Source: Spirochaetia bacterium
Lineage (GTDB): Bacteria; Spirochaetota; Spirochaetia; DSM-16054; Sediminispirochaetaceae
Length of the DNA: 64,000 nt
Direction of reading: 5' to 3'
Assembly: GCA_034520965.1 (NCBI GenBank)
Contig: JAXHMY010000002.1
Coordinates: 288,001-352,000, forward strand
A model generated the notes under the pieces. It was not told where the DNA came from. It ran no database searches and worked only from the letters and a program-made list of their open reading frames with translations. The position numbers and the translations under genes are program-made. The stretch's first letter is position 1. Each line of letters opens with the position of its first letter. Shown piece after piece: positions 42,965 to 52,473 of this stretch.

Positions 42965-44215
42965 ATGTACGAAGATTATCAACGAAACCAATCCGAATCT
43001 GCATTTGAGAAAGCCCACGCCAGGGGCCGGCGGCAAATCTTTTCACTTAACCCGATAAAACGCCGGAACAACCGAATACTCACCCTGGCGGCAGTAGTAG
43101 AGCACGCATCCTATCAAAGTGAATCCTATTTGGGGGTGCGGGAGATACCTGTACGTTGGATAATAGGGACAGAGAACCGCAGCAGTGATTATTCTAAAGA
43201 TTTCTACCCGTTGCACAAAAGAATGAAGCGTAACTGGAGTACCATATACCGCATGATGAGCGAAGGCAAAATTTTCGAACCCATAAGAGTGATAGAGTAT
43301 GGGGGGTATTATTTTGTACGGGACGGAAACCACCGCGTTTCTGCGGCGAAACACCAGGACAGAGAATATATCGCTGCTGAGGTTGTGCACTACAGCCTTC
43401 CCTTTTCCCTGCCCCGTAACCTGCATTGGGGAAATCTCAAGCTGCTGGCGGAAAAACACCGTTTTCACCAGCATACACACGTCTTTGAAATACTTCCGGA
43501 AAATGAGTTTTATGTTCGCTGCCCCCACACCTGGCGGTGGCTGACAACTGAAATCTGTGAATACAACCGGACCTGGTTTATTCGAAGGTTTAACCGTCCT
43601 CCGGAGAGCATGGAAGAGCAGCTGCAGAGTTGGTATAAAAACCTTTATCAAAATGCCATCTCTTATATTCGAAAAAACTCACTTACCTATCTGTTTCCGG
43701 GTAAATTAGAGACCGATATTTTTATCGAGATGATCAAACTGTGGAACAGTTTCGATAACCCCGATTCCCTCTGGCTAGGTGAATTGTACGAATTATTTAT
43801 AAAAAAACACCAACGGTTCCGACTGATACGGACACCTTTCCAGCGAATCCATAAAGAGGTAAAGTCCCTTTTTCTGGGGGCTGAGGATGAATACCGGCGG
43901 TTCGCCGAGATTTCTCAAATTGAAGAACTTGTTCCCGAATACACCCCGATAAGGGCTTCAAAGAAATTCTACTCGTTCCTGCATTCACAGCTCATTCACT
44001 CTTATGCTCCGCACCTGAAATCCTTTTACGGCCGCGCCCCGTATATCCAGGAGCTTACAGTCGACTGGTATAATAATATCTACTCGCCGGTCCTGAAGGC
44101 GTATAATGGGGAGAACTTTCCCCAAGCCTACATGCGGTTCTGCAAGCGCTACTATAAGCGAATTATTTCAGGGGACATTCCGATGGAGGCGGCGCTACGG
44201 GAGTTCTTCAGCTAA
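42965..44215 (+). CDS. ParB/Srx-like domain protein with a DUF4032-like C-terminus
   Basis: YFVRDGNHRVSAA motif; repeated WY..(L/I)Y segments. Confidence 0.7.
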   Translation: MYEDYQRNQSESAFEKAHARGRRQIFSLNPIKRRNNRILTLAAVVEHASYQSESYLGVREIPVRWIIGTENRSSDYSKDFYPLHKRMKRNWSTIYRMMSEGKIFEPIRVIEYGGYYFVRDGNHRVSAAKHQDREYIAAEVVHYSLPFSLPRNLHWGNLKLLAEKHRFHQHTHVFEILPENEFYVRCPHTWRWLTTEICEYNRTWFIRRFNRPPESMEEQLQSWYKNLYQNAISYIRKNSLTYLFPGKLETDIFIEMIKLWNSFDNPDSLWLGELYELFIKKHQRFRLIRTPFQRIHKEVKSLFLGAEDEYRRFAEISQIEELVPEYTPIRASKKFYSFLHSQLIHSYAPHLKSFYGRAPYIQELTVDWYNNIYSPVLKAYNGENFPQAYMRFCKRYYKRIISGDIPMEAALREFFS

Positions 44216-44459
44216 AATACCAGCCAAAACACGACCATCTGAATTACTGGTAACAAGCAGACTGCATTTGCTGCTGCAAGAAATTTACCCTGAACAGAGG
44301 CAAGTCCTGCAACTTGCTACAAAAACAGCTTAAGCCCAAGGATGCCGGTTTTTCCAGTAAAAGTGAGAAATTTTGTAAGAAGGGAAACAATTACTTTCCA
44401 CTTCATAACACTCGTAGGCTTTATTTGAGTTTCCCCTCTATTTTTTTTATACTACAAAT

Positions 44460-45764
44460 ATGGAAAACGAAAAAAGAAAACAGACACCGGTATTCTACAA
44501 TACAATGACAAAACGGAATGAAGTTTTTGTACCCCGGCAGGCCGGGGTGGTTAAACTGTTTACCTGCGGCCCCTCTGTGTATCAGCAGCAGCACCTGGGC
44601 AACTACCGCACCTATTTATTTGAGGATGTGCTGCACAAGTACCTTGAATACCTCGGCTACCGGGTCGAGCGGGCAATCAATTTTACCGACCTAGAGGACA
44701 AGGCGATTAAGCGCCTAAAAAAAGAGGGGCTCACCCTCGAGGAGACCACCGGTCCGAATAAGGCGGAGTTTCTAAAAACCTCAAAGGAACTGGGCATTTT
44801 CCTGCCGGATGAAATCCCGCAAGCCACCGGCAGTGTTGAAGAGGCCGTGCAGATTATTGAGGATCTGCTTGAAAAGGGAATCGCCTACTGGCACAAGGGG
44901 AATGTCTATTTTGACCCCCTCAAATATCCGCGCTTCGGAGAGGTGTTTGGTCTGGATATGACTCAGTGGCCGGAAAAACGAGTACGATTTTCCAGGGACA
45001 CCTACAACGGCACACGCTGGAACCTGGGCGATTTCATTCTATGGCACGGAACCTCTTCCGAAGACCCGGTGTCCTGGGACAGCCGCATCGGCAAGGGCAG
45101 ACCCGCCTGGAACGTGCAGGACCCGGCGATGATTCTCAAAACCCTCGGTCCTGAAATTGATATTCACACCGGGGGTATCGACAATGTGTACCGGCACCAC
45201 GACTACAACCGCGCCATCCTTGAAAGTTATTCGGGAAAAAAGCTGGCCCATTACTGGCTGCATGGCGAGCATCTGATTGTAGAGGGAGCAAAGATGTCCA
45301 AGTCGAAGGGCAACACCATGTACCCGAAGGACGCCTACGCCCACGGATGCTCCCCTCAGCAGGTTCGCTTTATGCTGATGTGCACTTACTACCGTCACAA
45401 ACTGAATGTAAGCGCAGAGCGGATTGACGAATGCTGCCGCCACTTTTCCACCATTCGGCAGACATTGGAGGCTATCCAAAGCGGTTCCCCCCGCGAACAT
45501 AACCCAACTGCACCGGCCCGGGTGCACAAAACATACCGCCCCGGCAGCGAGCACTCGGTGGAGAAGCTGATCGACGAGGTGCCGATTCTCTTTAGCACTA
45601 AAATGAACGACGATATGGATACCCCGGGGGCAATTGAGTCAATCGAACATGTGGCGGACGAGTTTTACAGCGCCCAGCAGAAGAGCTTGGTGAACAACAG
45701 CCAGAGACAGCGCTTTATCTCGGAACTGAAATCGATCGACAGGGTACTTGGCTTTCTATTTTAA
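44460..45764 (+). CDS. Cysteinyl-tRNA synthetase-like class I ligase (atypical paralogue)
   Basis: TCGPSVY, HLGN, DFILW, KMSKS present; GRPAWNVQD and HHDYN replace GRPGWHIEC and HHENE; ends after the DALR-like helices. Confidence 0.85.
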   Translation: MENEKRKQTPVFYNTMTKRNEVFVPRQAGVVKLFTCGPSVYQQQHLGNYRTYLFEDVLHKYLEYLGYRVERAINFTDLEDKAIKRLKKEGLTLEETTGPNKAEFLKTSKELGIFLPDEIPQATGSVEEAVQIIEDLLEKGIAYWHKGNVYFDPLKYPRFGEVFGLDMTQWPEKRVRFSRDTYNGTRWNLGDFILWHGTSSEDPVSWDSRIGKGRPAWNVQDPAMILKTLGPEIDIHTGGIDNVYRHHDYNRAILESYSGKKLAHYWLHGEHLIVEGAKMSKSKGNTMYPKDAYAHGCSPQQVRFMLMCTYYRHKLNVSAERIDECCRHFSTIRQTLEAIQSGSPREHNPTAPARVHKTYRPGSEHSVEKLIDEVPILFSTKMNDDMDTPGAIESIEHVADEFYSAQQKSLVNNSQRQRFISELKSIDRVLGFLF

Positions 45765-45782
45765 TATTTGCGACTATCTGAA

Positions 45783-46514
45783 CTATCTCACTTGCAAATT
45801 AACCACAGGCTCGACAGTGTACTCCCCTCCGGGTCGAGCGTTGATTGAGGTTTCAAAGGACAGCCCTCCGGATACTATGCGCAGCCGGTGCCTTCCCTGC
45901 TCCACCTGGGCGGACAGCCCATTAACTCTGCTCCCGTTGATATACAACTCTACTTCGGATTCCGGATAATTGAGGTTTTGGTTGAGCATCTGCTCCGATA
46001 TAACAACGCTTACACGTGCCGGTTTCGGTTGAAGCTTGGCTACCACCTGCCGGTCCCTATTGAGTTTAACGGTCAAAAAATAGTCCTGATACCCCGGAGA
46101 AACAATACGTACATCGTACTCGCCAGGAGACAGCGACCTTTCTATTGGAACAGTACCAACCTTCGAATTGTTCACATAGACCTTTGCATCAGAAATATTG
46201 CTGGTTACTTCAAGAGTATGCCGTTTCGCCGGAGGTGCAACACCGAGCCGTGCATTCACAGTCAGACCCGATTGCCCAACGGTTATACGCTGTCGAAATT
46301 CGGGGCGCCCCGGTTTTCTGACAAGGAGCTCATAACTGCCGGGAGCTACCTGGGCTCTGTATGTGGGATTTGCAATCCCTAAAAGCCTCCCATCCAGTAT
46401 AACCTGAGCAGGTCCCTCACTGGCCTCTATGGTTAAGGGCACTCTTTGGGCAAAAAGACTTCCCGCAATCAACAGAAACAGGAGGGCAACGGAAAAATAT
46501 CTCAGTACTCTCAT
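45783..46514 (-). CDS. PEGA-domain protein
   Basis: Signal peptide plus three beta-repeat units (A.V..DG/N...G..P....PG.Y). Confidence 0.8.
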   Translation of the reverse strand: MRVLRYFSVALLFLLIAGSLFAQRVPLTIEASEGPAQVILDGRLLGIANPTYRAQVAPGSYELLVRKPGRPEFRQRITVGQSGLTVNARLGVAPPAKRHTLEVTSNISDAKVYVNNSKVGTVPIERSLSPGEYDVRIVSPGYQDYFLTVKLNRDRQVVAKLQPKPARVSVVISEQMLNQNLNYPESEVELYINGSRVNGLSAQVEQGRHRLRIVSGGLSFETSINARPGGEYTVEPVVNLQVR

Positions 46515-46729
46515 TATTTACTCCTTGAATCAATCTTTCCAGCTGGTCCCCGATAGAAACGAAATACAGAGTCAGCTGAGATAATTATACTACCCGCAAC
46601 ATGAAAAAACAATTTTTTATAAGATTACTGTGAGGAAAATAAAAATATAGGTTTGTTTGTTTTTTTTAAAGAGTGGATATATACTGCTTAAGGTAAAGCT
46701 GCATAGCTTAATAGAAAGGAGTCGGAATA

Positions 46730-47389
46730 ATGAAGAAATTAGTTGTGGTGTTTATAATGGTCGCAGTCGTAAGTACCGGAGTGTTCGCGCAAGGACTGGG
46801 GTTTGGACTGAGCGTGAATCAGTACTACATGGAGGACGAGAACGGTAACTTCCCCTCCTTGCCGGAAGCCTGGGATGATTTCCGGGAAGGCAACGGCCGA
46901 TACTGGGGCGGGTTCGGAGAGTTTATGGGCCGGAACTATGCCCTTGGATTATCCTTAAATTATATGATCGATAGGGCAGATCCTGATGTCTATAGTTGGG
47001 CAGAAAATCCAAGCAACTATGATATGTGGAACTACGATCTCAACCTTTACCTGGCATACCACTTTCTCGGCACCAAATCGCTTCTCGACCCTTTCCTCCA
47101 GGCCGGCTTCGGGCTCTGGGCCTACGACTATATGAACAAAGATGCTCTCAGAGAAGAAGAAGAGGAGACATGGGTAACCGACGATCCCCTGATGGGTTCA
47201 GCCTACTTCGACCTCGGGGCGGGCCTCGGCGTCAACTTCGGTTCTTTAGGAATATTTTTTAGGGGCATGTACAACTTCCAGTCCGACAAGCCACTGTACG
47301 GTCAGGATCAGAGCGGTTCAGACTATGAGATCTTCGAGCTCCCGGTTATGCCTTTCAAATGGACCTTCGGGGCTAAATTTCTCCTCTAA
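46730..47389 (+). CDS. Putative outer-membrane beta-barrel protein
   Basis: Signal peptide, alternating aromatic/Gly strands, C-terminal WTFGAKFLL. Confidence 0.6.
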   Translation: MKKLVVVFIMVAVVSTGVFAQGLGFGLSVNQYYMEDENGNFPSLPEAWDDFREGNGRYWGGFGEFMGRNYALGLSLNYMIDRADPDVYSWAENPSNYDMWNYDLNLYLAYHFLGTKSLLDPFLQAGFGLWAYDYMNKDALREEEEETWVTDDPLMGSAYFDLGAGLGVNFGSLGIFFRGMYNFQSDKPLYGQDQSGSDYEIFELPVMPFKWTFGAKFLL

Positions 47390-47427
47390 GCCCCTGGAAG
47401 TATAGTTTTTACCATAGAGGTAAATGG

Positions 47428-47463
47428 AAGGGGCTGCCTTGATTCTTGGGCAGCCCCTTTTTT
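47428..47463 (+). terminator. Rho-independent terminator
   Basis: AAGGGGCTGCC-loop-GGCAGCCCCTT followed by a T-run. Confidence 0.8.
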
Positions 47464-47637
47464 CACTGATTCTCCGAACTATACGATTGTAATGCCAGCG
47501 TGCTGGGCACCTAAAGGCTGGGCAAAAGCAGAAACAGAAGCACCGGTAACCTCTGTAATATTTGTCGAATGATCTTGGCAGCCGAAGGGAAACGCGGTAC
47601 ATTAAAATGAGGATAAAATAAAAAGAAGGAGGACGAG

Positions 47638-48120
47638 ATGAATAAAAAAACAGTTATTACCCTGATTATAGCGGTGCTGCTGACCGCAGTTGCAGTGCAG
47701 AATGTCAGCGCCTACGGATACCGGCAATCCCGAATCGGTTTTGGGGTGGGAACCCCGAATGCGGTTATTATCTATCGGCCGGCGCCCTTCGACTTCCGCT
47801 TTGGCTACGATTTTTCCGAGGGCAACCAGTTTATCTTTTTAAGCGGCGACTGGCGGCCCACCGGCAACATACAGATAACCGGACCCCTGCACTTTTACTT
47901 CGGCATAGGCGGCTACGCCAAGTTTTACCCCGGGACCGGCAGCTCCGAGGACTGGTTTGAAGGAGGCACCCGCCTGCCCCTGGGCCTGAGCCTGATGTTT
48001 CTGGACAACGTGGGAGAGCTGTTCCTGGAGGTAGCCCCGGGTTTTGATCTGTACCCCAAACCGGTATTCTCCCAGGACCCGGTTCAGGTGTGGGCCGGCC
48101 TGACCTTTGCCATTCGATAG
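47638..48120 (+). CDS. Small outer-membrane beta-barrel-like protein (DUF3996-like)
   Basis: Signal peptide; G.RLPLGL, ELFLEVAPG motifs. Confidence 0.6.
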   Translation: MNKKTVITLIIAVLLTAVAVQNVSAYGYRQSRIGFGVGTPNAVIIYRPAPFDFRFGYDFSEGNQFIFLSGDWRPTGNIQITGPLHFYFGIGGYAKFYPGTGSSEDWFEGGTRLPLGLSLMFLDNVGELFLEVAPGFDLYPKPVFSQDPVQVWAGLTFAIR

Positions 48121-48138
48121 GCCTGTACAGGGGGCGCA

Positions 48139-48558
48139 ATGAAGGGTTATTTTACCGGACGCGGCTTATCCGGGGCGACGATAAAAATCGTCGCCCTGGT
48201 ACGCAACCTGGTTATTTTTATCGGCGGGGTGTGGTTCTTTGAGTTTAAAGCCGACTACGTGTTTCCCGCCGAAGAGAATCTGCTGCTGTACTTTGTGGCT
48301 ATTCCAATTATTTGGTCTACTCTTATCCACATATGGACCAGCACCAGCTACGGCGAGCAGCAGGGCCTTTTTATGCATCTGTATACCCACCTTATCTCAG
48401 TGCTGCTGTTGATCTCGTCGGTGTTCTTGATCAGCGCCACCCTCAACACCATCTCCGACAGCCTGGACACCCTGGGCAACATTCTGTTCCACTTTGTGGG
48501 CTGGACAGTAATTATCTCGCTGATTTACTACGATATGGTGGATATAAACCGCTATTAA
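48139..48558 (+). CDS. Hypothetical 4-TM membrane protein
   Basis: 139 aa with four hydrophobic segments. Confidence 0.6.
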   Translation: MKGYFTGRGLSGATIKIVALVRNLVIFIGGVWFFEFKADYVFPAEENLLLYFVAIPIIWSTLIHIWTSTSYGEQQGLFMHLYTHLISVLLLISSVFLISATLNTISDSLDTLGNILFHFVGWTVIISLIYYDMVDINRY

Positions 48559-48560
48559 GA

Positions 48561-48584
48561 AAATAGCCGTATCCGGCTATTTTC
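48561..48584. terminator. Bidirectional terminator-like hairpin
   Basis: AAAATAGCCG-TATC-CGGCTATTTT between convergent genes. Confidence 0.7.
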
Positions 48585-48621
48585 GCTGTTTCGGTTGCCG
48601 CTACGCGGCATGCGAAACTAA

Positions 48622-49125
48622 TCAGGCTAACTCGCGGATATAGCGGCGAAGAGCGCTGTTGATGAGGGTCTGATAGCCCGTTTTTTCTTCCGAGGCCTTT
48701 TTCTTGAAATAGAGAATGATGTCGTCGTCAAGCCGGATGGTGGTGGTAATTTTTTTTGGAGTATAGAACCGGCCCCGTTCACCCCCGGAAAAGTCGTATT
48801 CCGGCTCTACTTCAAATACATCCTCAGGTTTTTTCGTATTGTCTTTGCTCATTTTGTCTTTGCTCATTGGGGCGGTCGCCTCCCGTGCCGACACGATTCG
48901 TATGATCTCTTCTCCCTCATAAGTAAAATACAAGTGTGCCACTACTAATAGGAGCAGGTTATGAGTAGCCCCCAAAGTAATCCACCGCTCCTCAAAATAA
49001 TTAAACCGTGTATCTAATATTGAGACGTGCAATGGATCGTTGAAAACTTCTGCAGCTAAATGAAACGAGATGCCGTGCTTTCGCCTGTTTGCTACTGCTT
49101 TATGCTCATCCCATTCAAACCTCAT
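48622..49125 (-). CDS. BrnT toxin / BrnA antitoxin module, read as one in-frame ORF in this sequence
   Basis: MRFEWDEHKAVANRRKHGISF...EERW...IRIVSAREAT (BrnT), then EYDFS...TIRLDDDII.YFK....GYQTLINSALR (BrnA, ATG at 48852 or 48867). Confidence 0.88.
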   Translation of the reverse strand: MRFEWDEHKAVANRRKHGISFHLAAEVFNDPLHVSILDTRFNYFEERWITLGATHNLLLLVVAHLYFTYEGEEIIRIVSAREATAPMSKDKMSKDNTKKPEDVFEVEPEYDFSGGERGRFYTPKKITTTIRLDDDIILYFKKKASEEKTGYQTLINSALRRYIRELA

Positions 49126-49256
49126 AGTCACAGTATACATATAAATATTTACATTGTACATACTATTAGCCTATTATTTTGCAAAATTACTTGTACTCAC
49201 TCCGGCAAGCCGTTTATCATTAAGGGAAGAATAAAATAAGTTAAGGAGATACGGTT

Positions 49257-51503
49257 ATGCAGAAGGGTGAAGGCAAGGGTTTGGCGATTTTGACCAGCGG
49301 AGGAGATGCCCAGGGAATGAACCCGGCGGTACGGGCGGTGGTGCGCACCGCCATTAAATGGGGCTTTGTGCCCTACGGGGTGTACGAGGGCTACCAGGGG
49401 CTGGTGGACGGTGGTGAGTATATTCAAAAGCTGGACTGGGGTTCGGTGGGCGGTATTTTGCACCGCGGAGGCACCACCCTCGGCTCGGCCCGCTCCAAGG
49501 ACTTTCGCGAGAAGGAGGGGCTGATTCGAGGGGTGCGCAACCTGGTGGAGCGAGATATTACCAATTTAATTGTCATCGGCGGCGACGGCAGCCTAAGCGG
49601 GGCGAACGAGTTTCGCAGCCTGTGGCCGGAGCACCTGGATATTTTAGTCGAGCGCGGCGAGATAAGCCCCGAGCAGCGAGAGCGCAACCGGCACCTGAAA
49701 CTGGTAGGCCTGGTGGGCTCTATCGACAACGATATGTTCGGTTCGGATATGACTATCGGGGCCGCCTCGGCCCTGCACCGCATTACTGAGGCAATCGACT
49801 CAATTACCGCCACCGCCTCCAGCCACCAGCGGGCCTTTGTAATTGAGGTAATGGGGCGCAACTGCGGCTACCTGGCCCTGATGAGCGCCCTGGCCGCGGG
49901 AGTGCAGTGGGTGCTGATTCCCGAAAACCCGCCGGATGTAGAGAACTGGGAAGAGCGCATGGTGGAGGTAATGAAAGAGGGGCGGGATGCCGGAAGGCGC
50001 TACAGTATTGCCGTGGTGGCCGAGGGGGCCCGCGACCGCAACGGTACTCCCATTAGCGCAGAACACGTGGTACAGGTGCTCAAGGAACGGCTTACGCCGG
50101 ATACCCGGCTTACCATTCTGGGCCATGTGCAGCGGGGAGGCACCCCCTGCGCTTTTGACCGCTACATGAGCACCATGCAGGGCTACAAGGCGGTGGAGAC
50201 TATCAGTGAAATGAACGAAGACGACCCGGCCCAGCTGATTGGGCTGCGCAGACACTCCAACGTGGCCTCGCCCCTGATGGACTGCGTGCAGGAGACCCGC
50301 TCTATCAAGGAAGTAATAGAGAACAGAGAGTATGCCAAGGCAATGAAGATGCGCGGGGGCAGTTTTGCCGACTCCTACGACACCTTCCGCACCCTTATCA
50401 GCGCCCTGCCCCGTAATCCGGTTCCCGAGACTCAGCGGCTGCGCATCGGGGTGATGCACGGCGGCCCCCCTGCTCCCGGTATGAACACGGCGGTACGGGC
50501 GGCGGTGCGCATAGGCATAGACAACGGGCACCAGATGTACGGGGTGCACAACGGCTTTGAGGGGCTGATTAAAGGAGACATTAGCCCGATGGATTGGATG
50601 AGCGTGGACGGCTGGGCTTCCCAGGGGGGCAGCGAGCTGGGTACTAACCGCCGAGTACCTACCGAAGAGGAATTGCCCATTGTGGCCCGACACCTGCGGG
50701 AGAAGAAGATGAACGGGCTGCTGATGATCGGCGGCTGGGACGGCTATGCGGCGGCCCATCTGCTGCACAGCCGGCGGGATGAATTCCCAGAGTTCAACAT
50801 TCCGATTATCTGCCTGCCCGCTACTATCAACAACAACCTGCCCGGCTCGGAGCTGAGCGTGGGCTCCGATACCGCCCTAAACACCATCATGGAGGCGGTA
50901 GATAAAATTAAACACTCCGCGGTGGCCTCGCGGCGGGTGTTTGTGGTTGAGGTGATGGGCCGCAACTGCGGGTATCTGGCCCTGTTGAGCGCCCTTTCCA
51001 CCGGGGCCGAGCGGGCGTATCTGCAGGAGGAAGGGCTTACCCTGAAGGACCTTCAAAATGATATAAAGAACCTGGTAAAGGGCTTTGAACGGGGCAAGCG
51101 GCTGGGCTTGATGATCCGCAACGAAAATGTGAATGAGTTTTACACCGCCGACTTTATGCGCTCGATCTTTGAGCAGGAGGGCCAGGGGCTGTACGATGTG
51201 CGGCGGACGATTCTGGGGCACCAGCAGAACGGCGGCGACCCCAGCCCCTTCGACCGCATTCAAGCTACTCGCCTGGCCAAGCGCAGTATGGAGCATATTT
51301 TCATCGAGGCGGCCAAACCACAGCCGGAAAGCTACATGTGCGGCCTGGTCAACGGTCAGGTTCAGTTTAACTGGTTACACAAGTTTTACGAACTGGGCGA
51401 CGGAGAGCTGGAGCGTCCACACCAGCAGTGGTGGCTGAAAATACGTCCGGTTGCCACTACCCTTGCATCGGAGGACACTCCCCTGGACTACACTGAGCTG
51501 TAA
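49257..51503 (+). CDS. 6-phosphofructokinase, eukaryote-type tandem-duplicated form
   Basis: 748 aa with two PFK halves: TSGGDAQGMNPAVR / GGDGSLSGA / GSIDND, and GPPAPGMNTAVR / PATINNN / LGHQQNGG.PSPFDR. Confidence 0.93.
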   Translation: MQKGEGKGLAILTSGGDAQGMNPAVRAVVRTAIKWGFVPYGVYEGYQGLVDGGEYIQKLDWGSVGGILHRGGTTLGSARSKDFREKEGLIRGVRNLVERDITNLIVIGGDGSLSGANEFRSLWPEHLDILVERGEISPEQRERNRHLKLVGLVGSIDNDMFGSDMTIGAASALHRITEAIDSITATASSHQRAFVIEVMGRNCGYLALMSALAAGVQWVLIPENPPDVENWEERMVEVMKEGRDAGRRYSIAVVAEGARDRNGTPISAEHVVQVLKERLTPDTRLTILGHVQRGGTPCAFDRYMSTMQGYKAVETISEMNEDDPAQLIGLRRHSNVASPLMDCVQETRSIKEVIENREYAKAMKMRGGSFADSYDTFRTLISALPRNPVPETQRLRIGVMHGGPPAPGMNTAVRAAVRIGIDNGHQMYGVHNGFEGLIKGDISPMDWMSVDGWASQGGSELGTNRRVPTEEELPIVARHLREKKMNGLLMIGGWDGYAAAHLLHSRRDEFPEFNIPIICLPATINNNLPGSELSVGSDTALNTIMEAVDKIKHSAVASRRVFVVEVMGRNCGYLALLSALSTGAERAYLQEEGLTLKDLQNDIKNLVKGFERGKRLGLMIRNENVNEFYTADFMRSIFEQEGQGLYDVRRTILGHQQNGGDPSPFDRIQATRLAKRSMEHIFIEAAKPQPESYMCGLVNGQVQFNWLHKFYELGDGELERPHQQWWLKIRPVATTLASEDTPLDYTEL

Positions 51504-51627
51504 CGGCTGAGAACAAGCAAGAGGGGCCGGGCGCCGACCCGCCCCTTACTCGGGCTCAGGTTTGCCTTGACCCCGCCGGCATTAGTATACTCAAGACTCA
51601 GGGATTGCATTTATTAAGGAGATTAAT

Positions 51628-52449
51628 ATGGATTTAAAATCAACGACAACATTAAATAACGGGGTAAAGATGCCCTGGGTAGGTTTTGGAGTGTTTCAGA
51701 CGCAGGAGGGCCCGGAGGTGGAGAACGCGGTGCGCTGGGCCCTGGAGACCGGCTACCGGCATATCGATACGGCCAGTTTTTACGAGAACGAGGCGGGTGT
51801 GGGCAAGGCGATTGCCGCCTCGGAGGTGTCCCGGGATGAGCTGTTTGTGACCACCAAGGTGTGGAACACCGAGCAGGGCTACCAGGAGAGCCTGAAGGCC
51901 TTCGACCGCAGTCGCACGAAGCTGCAGATGGATGTGGTGGACTTGTACCTGGTGCACTGGCCCTTGAAGCACAGTTTTAAGGATACCTACAAGGCGCTGG
52001 AGAAGCTGTATGCCGACGGGAAGGTGCGGGCGATTGGGGTGAGCAACTTTCTGCCCCACCATCTGAAGGACCTGATGGCCGACTTTGATGTGGTCCCCGC
52101 GGTAAACCAGGTGGAGTGGCACCCCTTTCTGTTTCAGAAGGAGCTGTACGAGTTTTGCAAGTCCAAGGGAATTCAGCAGGAGGCCTGGAGTCCCCTGACC
52201 CGGGGGCGCTTTCTGGACGAGCCGGTGCTGAGGGAGATCGCCGAGGCCCACGGCAAGTCGCCGGCCCAGGTGCTGCTGCGCTGGGATCTGCAGCACGAGG
52301 TGGTGACGATTCCAAAGTCGGTGCACAAGGAGCGGATTATCGAGAACTCCCAGGTTTTCGACTTTCAACTGAGCGACCTGGAGATGGCGCGGATAGACTC
52401 GCTGGACAGCGACACCCGCATCGGGCCGCATCCGGATAAAATGAGCTAA
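51628..52449 (+). CDS. Aldo/keto reductase
   Basis: GYRHIDTA..Y.NE, DLYLVHWP, IGVSNF, IPKS. Confidence 0.95.
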   Translation: MDLKSTTTLNNGVKMPWVGFGVFQTQEGPEVENAVRWALETGYRHIDTASFYENEAGVGKAIAASEVSRDELFVTTKVWNTEQGYQESLKAFDRSRTKLQMDVVDLYLVHWPLKHSFKDTYKALEKLYADGKVRAIGVSNFLPHHLKDLMADFDVVPAVNQVEWHPFLFQKELYEFCKSKGIQQEAWSPLTRGRFLDEPVLREIAEAHGKSPAQVLLRWDLQHEVVTIPKSVHKERIIENSQVFDFQLSDLEMARIDSLDSDTRIGPHPDKMS

Positions 52450-52473
52450 GGCGCAGGAGCGAGGGTAAGTTGC

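Noticed and set aside
44216..44459. T-box riboswitch upstream of the cysS-like gene
   Set aside because: No GGTGGNACCGCG T-box motif or convincing terminator/antiterminator seen
49800..52431. Long minus-strand ORFs (322 aa, 259 aa and others)
   Set aside because: Antisense shadows of GC-rich pfk and aldo/keto reductase genes
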